NCBI GenBank assembly: GCA_963702005.1
Contig: OY969696.1
Coordinates: 1,184,001-1,248,000 of the forward strand
DNA from: Candidatus Aminicenantes bacterium
GTDB lineage: Bacteria; Acidobacteriota; Aminicenantia; Aminicenantales; JAFGBC01
Direction of reading: 5' to 3'
Length of the DNA: 64,000 bases
This document shows positions 56,242-64,000 of the stretch, piece after piece. Position numbers and translations under genes: made by a program. The notes under the pieces are model-generated. The model saw only the letters and a program-made list of their open reading frames with translations, was not told the origin of the DNA and searched no databases. Each line of letters starts with the position of its first letter. Positions within the stretch are counted from its first letter, which is position 1.

Positions 56242-59200
56242 TTAAGGTTTTGTTGTTTTTTTCCCTTGGATGTACCAACGTTCCAATACTTCGATGAGTT
56301 GAGTTCGGATTCGGTCATCGCTCGTCCGGCTTTCCGCAAGTTCGCTAAAAATCGCATTCGCCCTCTTTATCCTGTCTTTCATGCGGCCGAAAACGGCCCG
56401 GCACGCTTCTTTGTTGAGTGGGACCGTGACAGGGCCGCTTATCCCGTAGTTTGCCAGATGAAAGGCGAGCTCGGCTTGTTCCCGGGATCGATATTCCATG
56501 CGAATTTTACCCGCTTTGCCGAAGCAGACCGTATTCAATTCGAAAAGCGGATTATCAGGGAGGAATGCGGGCTTATCTTCGGGGATTTCGATTTCGGATT
56601 TGGCCTCGGGCTGCTTTGCCAACCATTCCCTCAAAGGCGTTTTGTCTTCGATTTCGGCCGCGTCCCAGATATCAAGCGCTAAATCTTCAACGCTCAGGCG
56701 CCGCCTTTCGGTTTTAGCACGTTGCTCCATTTTGCTAATTTCGACGATCCTAATTTCCCGAAAATGCCGGGCGGTCGTCTCATAAAGACTAGTAATAAGC
56801 TCCGCCCGTTCTTGGGCATCTGCTATTCCAAGGAGTTCGAGCACAGCATCGTCGAGAGCGCGACGGTCTCGGTGAGCTAGCTCTTTTGGAATAACAATCG
56901 GACCCGAATCGATTCGATGGGCAAGTTCCGGATCATGACATTCCATCAGTTGATCTTCGACCAACCGTCCGACTTCCCGGCGGGACATTTCACCCAAAGC
57001 GGAAACGAGTTTTTTGGCGAGCTTGACCGATATCCGGCGCGGGTCGGGTACCTCTATGAGCTTGACATCAACGACTTCAGTCTTTAGGTTGCCTTCCGTT
57101 CCTGCATATCGGCCATAAAATGTTTTAAATAGACCGACAAGGGTAGAGTTTAAAACGGCTACAAAAGCTTTTGCTTGCAAAGCGGACTTGTCGTTGGGAG
57201 TAATGTCAAATAGATTGTGATTGCATATGAGATGTTCCGGATTGGCGGCAATAATATGTCTATATTGTTGAGCCATAGGCCAGAAGGCGAAGCCGGGGCG
57301 GACGAGGCCGGTCAGGTCGTACCAAAGCCCCCGCGCGGCGCATGTCGAGCGTTTGGGCAATGGAACTGGTTTCGACTTCATGGAGGCGAATGTTGTGGTG
57401 CTTCCGTACCGGATGTATCGCCAGACCCAGGGGGCCTTGTTCTTGAGCTTGGAGAGAGGCTCACCGGCGAGAAGAACGACGCGGTCCAGGTCGGCCGCTA
57501 TAACAACCGGCCTGTCCACTTTCATCAGGCTGTGGACTTCGGGTGCAATGTATTCCGCTTCGATCGGATGAATGACGCCGTTGCCGTCCTTGATGATCTT
57601 GAGTTTCCCCGAGACGACTTCTTTAAGGGGAGCTCCGTTCGTGTTCTCGCAGAAGGCGCGATCGCTTGAATGCTTTTCCAACATTTCTTGGGTAACATCT
57701 CTGGGCATGAAAAAAGCGTCACAGCCGCTTTTTACGCCAAAACGAATATCCGCGATTTCTCCGAGCCGAATAAATTTGTTGCCGAACCGGCGCATGATTT
57801 CGAAATAGAAATCCGGCGCTCGAAGATAGCGGCCCCATTTTCCCGCAGCGTAAGCGCCTGCCGCAGAGGAAATAGTTGTAGAGCCGGCGCTCTTTGAAGC
57901 TAATTCATCTGAGGCCTCTAGTTCCTCATCATCCGATTCTTCGAATAGTCGGTTCTTATCTCCTAAGACGTCGCCGGCGCGGATCCCATCTTCCCATAAA
58001 AGTTTTTGATCTTTAATAATGATTCTAATATCTTCGTCGGCGAAATCGGCTTCCGCTTTAAGAATCCGGGTTCTCAGCTTTTCGAATGCGGCCTGACGCT
58101 TCGTTTCGTCGGACTCGGGCTGGATTCCGATGATGTCCGTGAGTTTTCGATTAAACCGGACGAAGCGGACCCGGTTGTTCATGCGAAGCGCTTCATTCGC
58201 GCATTCTTGAAGGATCGTGACGCAGGTTTTAACACGGGCGTCCTCAAACCAGGGTTCGGCCGCGCTTTCCATGATCGCTAAGATACGAAAATGACTAAGA
58301 ATCCATCCTTGAAGTGGGAATCCGTACTCGACGTCAAGCCAGGAGGAGCTTGTCAGGAAACCGAAATAGCCGCCATTCTCCAACCGGCGAGCGGCCGCCG
58401 GCCAGAAATAACAATGGAGATCGCTCCGTCCGCTCAATCCTATACCGGGATAAGCAGATTCGGCTAAAAGCCCATATCGGGTCTTTTCTTCCTTCTCAAT
58501 TTTTTCTTGGCGGACATAGGGAGGATTGCCAACGACTGCATCCAATGCGGGAAGTGAGATCCGAGCTTGACCTCCCGAAGAGTTAGGGATCGTACAAAAC
58601 GGTTTTTTCGGGGCCAAGTCGAAAAAATTGTTCCTCGTGATTCGGGGGTAGTTCGCTTCTTCATTGATTTCACGGGCGGCCAGATTCAGCGTGGCCAGAT
58701 GCGCGGGGTAAAGAGCGATATCGCAACCGAACAGCTCGCCGAGGAGGGCTAGATGAGAGCGGCGAGGATTCATATGTCTCTTGCGATAATAGGCGCGGAC
58801 CAGGAATGACCCTGATCCGCATGCCGGGTCGAGAATCTTCGCATCCGCTTTGCGAACGCAGAAGCAATTGATGAGATCGACGACATCATCCGCCGTAAAA
58901 TGCTGACCGAAGCGGTGGCGTTCTTCGGGACCGATGAGTTTTTGAAATATCCGGCCGACGACGTCGGAGGAAACCTCATGAAAATCGATCGGCTCAATGC
59001 CCTTAAGCAATCCGCGCCAGGCGTCTAAGGCGTTCGTCGATTGAAAGATCAAACCGGTCGCCCAATCTCGCTCCTTGGGCATCAAGAGAGGTTCGTAATC
59101 GCCGCTTCGCTCGACCGCTCGTTGAAAGAAACGGTTGAGCGCCTGGACGGCGTCCTCCGATGTCTTTATCGAAGGCTTAATGTCAAGACGGGGCAACTCC

Positions 59201-59988
59201 GGAAACCGAGCCCGTAAGGCTTTATAAAAGATCAATCTATTTGCCCATATGTAAGCGAGTGTCCTCGCCATGTTTTTTACCGATTTCTCCCATTCGTCAC
59301 GCGGGCTACGGACGAACGTCCTATCCTGATCGGACATCCACTGTTCGACGCGGGATGAAAAAACTTTGCTGCGATCGGCTTGCTCCAGAATATATGAAGA
59401 GACGAGCTCGATCGGCCAGTCGAGATGGCTGTTCAGGGATTGTATAAAAACGTCGTCCGCGGGAAGAGCCCATTCCCGCCTTCGGCCGCCGATGATATCC
59501 GCGATTTCCCGGAGGAGGCCGGGGATGAATCGGGTCTTGATATGATTAAGGTTGTCTTCGAGCGCGACTTCATATTGATCCCGCAGGGGCCGATCCAAAC
59601 GCCATTGTGCGACTCTTCGGTCTAAAAGGGGCTTGTCCCAGAGGCTTCTGTCCCAGAGCACGAATTCATTGACGTTCCAAGTGAAAAAGAATTGGGTCCC
59701 TAAGTTGTCTGACTTTCGAGCGGCGTCCTGGCAGAGCTCGGAGTCGAAAGGAGACCGTCCTTCGAGAGTCCCCGGGAGCTTGACCTCGCCGCAAAGAATC
59801 AGCGTTCCGTTCTTATCGAAAAAGCGAATATCGGAACGTTTTCGCGCGGAGGGGCCCCTTCCAAGGCCTTCCACCCTCGCAGATTGAATCGGGTTTATTG
59901 CCGGATCTTTCTCGGCGAGGGCTGTAACGGCGGTAGCGATCTGGCTGCAGAAATCGATTTCGTGGATGCCTGTCCTATTGGAATCCAC
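56242..59988 (-). CDS. Type IIG-like restriction-modification enzyme (nuclease, N6-adenine MTase and specificity region)
   Basis: N-terminal 'SDIRFFD...GEVKLP' PD-(D/E)xK pattern; 'GQHFT', 'DPACGSGSF', 'GNPPY'; 1248 aa; lower GC than the flanks. Confidence 0.88.
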   Translation of the reverse strand: MDSNRTGIHEIDFCSQIATAVTALAEKDPAINPIQSARVEGLGRGPSARKRSDIRFFDKNGTLILCGEVKLPGTLEGRSPFDSELCQDAARKSDNLGTQFFFTWNVNEFVLWDRSLWDKPLLDRRVAQWRLDRPLRDQYEVALEDNLNHIKTRFIPGLLREIADIIGGRRREWALPADDVFIQSLNSHLDWPIELVSSYILEQADRSKVFSSRVEQWMSDQDRTFVRSPRDEWEKSVKNMARTLAYIWANRLIFYKALRARFPELPRLDIKPSIKTSEDAVQALNRFFQRAVERSGDYEPLLMPKERDWATGLIFQSTNALDAWRGLLKGIEPIDFHEVSSDVVGRIFQKLIGPEERHRFGQHFTADDVVDLINCFCVRKADAKILDPACGSGSFLVRAYYRKRHMNPRRSHLALLGELFGCDIALYPAHLATLNLAAREINEEANYPRITRNNFFDLAPKKPFCTIPNSSGGQARISLPALDAVVGNPPYVRQEKIEKEEKTRYGLLAESAYPGIGLSGRSDLHCYFWPAAARRLENGGYFGFLTSSSWLDVEYGFPLQGWILSHFRILAIMESAAEPWFEDARVKTCVTILQECANEALRMNNRVRFVRFNRKLTDIIGIQPESDETKRQAAFEKLRTRILKAEADFADEDIRIIIKDQKLLWEDGIRAGDVLGDKNRLFEESDDEELEASDELASKSAGSTTISSAAGAYAAGKWGRYLRAPDFYFEIMRRFGNKFIRLGEIADIRFGVKSGCDAFFMPRDVTQEMLEKHSSDRAFCENTNGAPLKEVVSGKLKIIKDGNGVIHPIEAEYIAPEVHSLMKVDRPVVIAADLDRVVLLAGEPLSKLKNKAPWVWRYIRYGSTTTFASMKSKPVPLPKRSTCAARGLWYDLTGLVRPGFAFWPMAQQYRHIIAANPEHLICNHNLFDITPNDKSALQAKAFVAVLNSTLVGLFKTFYGRYAGTEGNLKTEVVDVKLIEVPDPRRISVKLAKKLVSALGEMSRREVGRLVEDQLMECHDPELAHRIDSGPIVIPKELAHRDRRALDDAVLELLGIADAQERAELITSLYETTARHFREIRIVEISKMEQRAKTERRRLSVEDLALDIWDAAEIEDKTPLREWLAKQPEAKSEIEIPEDKPAFLPDNPLFELNTVCFGKAGKIRMEYRSREQAELAFHLANYGISGPVTVPLNKEACRAVFGRMKDRIKRANAIFSELAESRTSDDRIRTQLIEVLERWYIQGKKTTKP

Positions 59989-60072
59989 CTATACTCCTTC
60001 TTGTTGAACCCATCATCAGGAACTATATTTCCAGTCGGTCTCGGAAGTCAAGAAAAGGACAATAAGCCGATA

Positions 60073-60771
60073 TCAGAGCATAAAGACCAGACCGATTTCC
60101 CAGCCGGGGCAGGGGACTTTAATGAAGCTGTGCCGCTTGGGTCCGAAACGGTCGACGTAGGTATTGGCGACGTCCCGGGCCTTGCCTCCCCCCTTGACGT
60201 AAAGAAGAGCGAGATAGCGGTAGTGGACGCCCGCGGTCAGGATGATTCGCGGGACCAGCTGAGCGGCCAACCCCGCTCCTGCTTTAATGCCCACCCCGAT
60301 GTATTGGGCGTCGTGCACCGTCGTCCCTTTGAGAGCGCCGTCCCTGACCGTCAGCCAGGGGATGCTGAACCCGGCCAGGAGGTAGGGGCGGACGGGCCTT
60401 CCCCGGATTAAAAATCCCTTCCCCTCGAGTTCCACGGCGTGTAAAGTCGCTGTCCGCTCCCAACTCTGGAAGTAAGCGGTGTGGCTCGATTGCAGATAAG
60501 CGACGCTCCAGATTCCCAGCTTGATGACGCCGCCCCCTTGCACGCTGAAGCCGGCGCTGGGATCGAGCCGGGGCAAGTAGAAGGCATAGAGCGAGTCTCC
60601 CAGGATGAGCTTGCCGTCGAGTTCGCCTCCGGGCGAGGCCCGGAAGGCGGAGAAGCCGAAAAAGAGGCGAGCTTTTTCGGCGGGCGGCCACGCTGCGGCC
60701 GGCTCCTGAGCGCGGGCCCTGAGCGGACTCAGGATGGCTAAAAGAAAGAGGGTGACCGCTGTGCGTCTCAT
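60073..60771 (-). CDS. Hypothetical outer-membrane beta-barrel-like protein
   Basis: Signal peptide; 'RPYLLAG', 'GIKAGAG', 'VHYRY' strands; coupled to the glmS stop. Confidence 0.6.
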   Translation of the reverse strand: MRRTAVTLFLLAILSPLRARAQEPAAAWPPAEKARLFFGFSAFRASPGGELDGKLILGDSLYAFYLPRLDPSAGFSVQGGGVIKLGIWSVAYLQSSHTAYFQSWERTATLHAVELEGKGFLIRGRPVRPYLLAGFSIPWLTVRDGALKGTTVHDAQYIGVGIKAGAGLAAQLVPRIILTAGVHYRYLALLYVKGGGKARDVANTYVDRFGPKRHSFIKVPCPGWEIGLVFML

Positions 60772-62495
60772 TTCACGGTCACCGATTTAGCCAGGTTGCG
60801 CGGCTTATCGATAGGGCGTCCCAGGGCGGCGGCCGCGTAGTAGGCGATGAGCTGCCCGGCCACGGCGGCCAGGATCCCGAACTTGCCGTCGTTCCCGGTC
60901 CGGATGTGGACGGCGTCTTCGTTTCCGCCCAAGGTCGGATGATTGGTCAGGATGAAGATTTTGGCGCCGCGGGCCTCGACTTCCTTGGTGTTGGAGATGA
61001 TGTCCGGGTCGTTCGTGGCGATGAGGCTGACGACCGGCGTCCCCGATTCGATCAGGGCGATCGTCCCGTGCTTGAGCTCCCCGCCCATCATGCCCTCGGC
61101 GTGGATGTAGCTCGTCTCCTTGATCTTGAGGGCGATCTCCCGGGCGATCGGATAGGTCAGGCCGCGGCCGATTATGTAGGCGTCCCGGGAGCGGGCGATC
61201 CGTTCCGCGATGGCCCGGATCCTGGGCCTGGCCTTGAACAGCGTTTGGATCCGGTCCGGCAGGTTGTCGAGCTCGACCTCGAACCCGAACGTCCGGGCAA
61301 TCTTGAGGAGGAGGGCCGCCTGGTTGACGAAGGCCTTGGTGCTGGCAACGCAGACCTCGGGGCCGGCCAGGATGTTGAGGCTCAGCTCGCTCATCCGCTG
61401 GACCGTCGAATGGGGGACATTAACGATGCTCGCGATTCGCCCCCCGTTGTCGCGGGCGTACTTGAGGGCGTCGATGACGTCCATCGTCTCGCCGCTCTGG
61501 CTGACGGCGATGACGAGCGTGTCGCGGTCGACCTTGGCGAAGTGGCGGAACTCGGAGGCGATCAAGGTCTGCACTTCCATCCCGACCCGGTGAAGGTAAT
61601 AGGCTCCTAAGAGCGTCGCGTGGTAGGACGTCCCGCAGGAGGCGAAGATGACCTTCCGGGAGCGGCGGATGAGCCGGATGAGTTTTGCCAGGGCCGCCTT
61701 CTGGTCGTGGCCGAGCGAGAACAGCATCCGGCGGACGACGGACGGCTCTTCGAGGATCTCCTTGAGCATGTAATGCTTGGCCGTCCGCTTGGCGGTCCGC
61801 TCTTCCTCCCAGCGGAAGGTCCGCAGCGGCTTCCGGATCGGCCGGCCGGTCCGGTCGAAGAAGCGGGGACCGTCCGGACCGACCACGGCGAACTCGTCGT
61901 TCTCGAAGAAGGCGGCCCGGTCCGTCCAGTCGGAAAAAGCGTAGATGTCGGAGGCGAGGATGGTCCGCCCGTCGGCCGCGCCCAGGGCGAGCGGGGAATC
62001 CCGCTTGACGGCATAGATCTCGTCCCGCCCCTTGAGCATGATCAGGACGGCAAACGTTCCGGCCAGGGTGCGGAGCAAGACGGGGAGCGTCTCCTCGATC
62101 GAGCGCCGCCGCAGGTTGTCTTCGAGAAAATGGGCGATGACCTCAGAGTCCGTCTCGCTGGCGAAGACGTGCCCCTTGCGGACGAGATCTCGCTTGATCT
62201 CCTCGTAGTTCTCGATGATGCCGTTGTGGACGACGGCGATCCGCCCGTCGCAGGAGAGGTGGGGGTGAGCGTTCCGTTCGCTGACGCCGCCGTGGGTCGC
62301 CCAGCGGGTGTGGGCGATCCCGGCCCGGCAACGGCCGCGCCCCTCGACCCGGATGCCGCCGACGCGCTTCCGCAGCTCGCGGCCGTCGAAAACGCCGAAG
62401 GAATCGTAGCCGCGGTACTCGAGCCGCTTGAGCCGTTCGAGAAGCGTCCGGGACGGGAAGTCCGCCCGGGAGACGATGCCGACGATGCCGCACAT
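60768..62495 (-). CDS. glmS: Glutamine-fructose-6-phosphate transaminase
   Basis: MCGIVG, 'LEYRGYDS', 'AHTRWATHG', 'HNGIIEN', 'SQSGET', 'KPRNLAKSVTV'. Confidence 0.97.
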   Translation of the reverse strand: MCGIVGIVSRADFPSRTLLERLKRLEYRGYDSFGVFDGRELRKRVGGIRVEGRGRCRAGIAHTRWATHGGVSERNAHPHLSCDGRIAVVHNGIIENYEEIKRDLVRKGHVFASETDSEVIAHFLEDNLRRRSIEETLPVLLRTLAGTFAVLIMLKGRDEIYAVKRDSPLALGAADGRTILASDIYAFSDWTDRAAFFENDEFAVVGPDGPRFFDRTGRPIRKPLRTFRWEEERTAKRTAKHYMLKEILEEPSVVRRMLFSLGHDQKAALAKLIRLIRRSRKVIFASCGTSYHATLLGAYYLHRVGMEVQTLIASEFRHFAKVDRDTLVIAVSQSGETMDVIDALKYARDNGGRIASIVNVPHSTVQRMSELSLNILAGPEVCVASTKAFVNQAALLLKIARTFGFEVELDNLPDRIQTLFKARPRIRAIAERIARSRDAYIIGRGLTYPIAREIALKIKETSYIHAEGMMGGELKHGTIALIESGTPVVSLIATNDPDIISNTKEVEARGAKIFILTNHPTLGGNEDAVHIRTGNDGKFGILAAVAGQLIAYYAAAALGRPIDKPRNLAKSVTVK

Positions 62496-62620
62496 CAAAG
62501 TCCTCGAAGTTCCCTCATCTTATAGTGCCCCATGCCGCGCCTGTCAAGCGAAATGCGGCCCAAAGACGACTTGACCTGAGGGGGAGCTTGGGATATCGTT
62601 AATCCTAAGGAGCCCCAGCC

Positions 62621-63631
62621 ATGAAGCCGGTCGTTGTCTATTTCGCTGACGGGCAGAGCAAGGCCGGCAAGGTCATGTTTTTCAACCTCGCGAAGACGAC
62701 CTTTCCCCTCCAGGTCGAGACCGGAGAGGGCAAGATCGAGACCCTGACCGTCCGCCTGGACGACGTCAAAAAGATACAATTCCTCAAGAAGGAAGCCGGC
62801 GCGGCGCCCGAGTCTTCCCTCCGCCGCGAGACTATCGAGCAATCGACCTTCGTCAGCTCGGTCTCCTTAAAGCTCGCCGTTGAGTTTAAAGACGGAGAGG
62901 TCCTGACCGGCTCGACGGTCAAGTACAGCCCCAACGACAAGGGATTCTTCCTAACGCCCCTCAACCCGGCCGAGCCGAGCGAACGGATTTACATCAACGG
63001 CCGTTTCGTCAAGAACATCGAGCAGCGGAAACTCCTGGGCCGGATCCTGGTCGATGAACGGAAAATCACCAACGGACAGCTCGAGAAGGCCGCAGGCGTC
63101 CAAGCCGAGATTCGGACGAAACGGATCGGGACGATCATGATCGAGCACGCCATGATCAGCCAGACCCAGCTTGAAGAATCCCTCAAGAGACAAGGCGAAC
63201 GGAACCTTAAAATCGGCGAGCTCCTGATCGAAGCCGGCTACATCTCCCAGGAACAGCTCGACACCGCTCTCCGCATCCAGAAGGAGTTCCGGAACAAGCG
63301 CCTGGGCCAGATCCTGGTTGAGCTCAAGTACGTGACTCCCAACGACATCTGCCTCGCCCTCGCCTCCCAGCTCGGCTGTCCCTGGGTCGATCTCTCGACG
63401 GTCACGATCCGGCCCGAGACGCTGGCCCTCCTGCCGTCCGAAATCGAGAGGCGGCTTGAGGTCGTCCCGTTCGAGAAAAGGGGAGGGGATATTCTCGTCG
63501 TCGCCTCCTCCCAGCCCCGGGACCCGGAGCTTCTCAAGGAGCTGAGCCGGCTGACGCCCTGGAAGCTCGAGCTCGTCATCGCCTATGACGGGTATATCTC
63601 GTCGGTCATCCAAAAGTATCTCTCCAATTGA
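62621..63631 (+). CDS. Stand-alone MshEN-repeat (c-di-GMP-binding) protein with a duplicated N-terminal beta domain and no ATPase
   Basis: Four tandem motifs LLGRILV, RIGTIMI, KIGELLIEAGYISQEQLDTALRIQ and RLGQILV, then a GspE N1E-like tail; no Walker A. Confidence 0.8.
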   Translation: MKPVVVYFADGQSKAGKVMFFNLAKTTFPLQVETGEGKIETLTVRLDDVKKIQFLKKEAGAAPESSLRRETIEQSTFVSSVSLKLAVEFKDGEVLTGSTVKYSPNDKGFFLTPLNPAEPSERIYINGRFVKNIEQRKLLGRILVDERKITNGQLEKAAGVQAEIRTKRIGTIMIEHAMISQTQLEESLKRQGERNLKIGELLIEAGYISQEQLDTALRIQKEFRNKRLGQILVELKYVTPNDICLALASQLGCPWVDLSTVTIRPETLALLPSEIERRLEVVPFEKRGGDILVVASSQPRDPELLKELSRLTPWKLELVIAYDGYISSVIQKYLSN

Positions 63632-63771
63632 GCGGGCGAGCTTGCCTCCCGATTTCATTCCCCGTATAATGCCCCTGTGAATTCCGCCGTCGCGCGGTCG
63701 ACGCCGTCATCGAAAGCCTCGTCATCCGTCCCTTGTCCCCCTCATTAAACATCCTGAACCAAGGAGTCATC

Positions 63772-64000
63772 ATGCCTCCGTCCCAGAACGGATTTTTCGG
63801 TACCCGGGGCCGGATCGCCTTTGTGGACCTTGGCGGCCGGACGGTCCGCATTGAATCTCCCGATCCCGGTCTCTACCGGGACTACCTTGGAGGCCGGGGC
63901 GTCCAAGCCCGCCTCCTTTACGATCATCTCAAGCGGACCGGCCCGGTTCGCGATCCGCTCGACCCGCTGAATCGGATCATCCTCGGCAACGGACCCGTCA
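63772..64000 (+). CDS. Aldehyde:ferredoxin oxidoreductase family protein, N-terminus (partial)
   Basis: AAGGAG RBS; manual translation MPPSQNGFFGTRGRIAFVDL...YRDYLGGRGV...DPLDPLNRIILGNGP matches the AOR N-terminal pattern. Confidence 0.85.
   Translation, partial: MPPSQNGFFGTRGRIAFVDLGGRTVRIESPDPGLYRDYLGGRGVQARLLYDHLKRTGPVRDPLDPLNRIILGNGPV

Noticed and set aside
62496-62620. glmS ribozyme upstream of glmS
   Set aside because: Only about 125 bp of divergent promoter region is available and no ribozyme core was recognised.

Overview
This 64-kb window is GC-rich, gene-dense bacterial chromosome from a diderm heterotroph. The gene repertoire (zinc-ribbon Ser/Thr kinase-TPR receptors, SBBP and BNR propeller proteins, several secreted peptidases, AOR) resembles Candidatus Aminicenantes/Acidobacteriota; this is an inference only. 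It holds about 45 CDS: a LolCDE-like ABC operon, a hexuronate/glycoside-oxidation locus, peptide-scavenging enzymes, three membrane Ser/Thr kinases, a Maf-RlmD fusion, an isoprenoid-tailoring radical-SAM operon, a low-GC NYN + Type IIG R-M island, glmS and a stand-alone MshEN protein. No rRNA, tRNA, CRISPR array, transposase or integrase was recognised. Top findings: (1) two adjacent BNR-repeat ORFs (37052-39016) form one reading frame split by an in-frame TGA that is followed by an E. coli fdhF-type SECIS hairpin, making this a candidate new secreted beta-propeller selenoprotein; (2) a cluster of IDI, three radical SAM enzymes, a QueG-like reductase and a UbiA prenyltransferase, with a B12 radical SAM upstream, whose product is unknown; (3) a promoter, structured RNA/terminator and NYN nuclease arranged like a type III toxin-antitoxin unit; (4) three families of small palindromic elements, one copy carrying nested hairpin insertions, plus direct-repeat-bounded gene fragments. 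All product calls come from motif recognition by eye, not from database searches.
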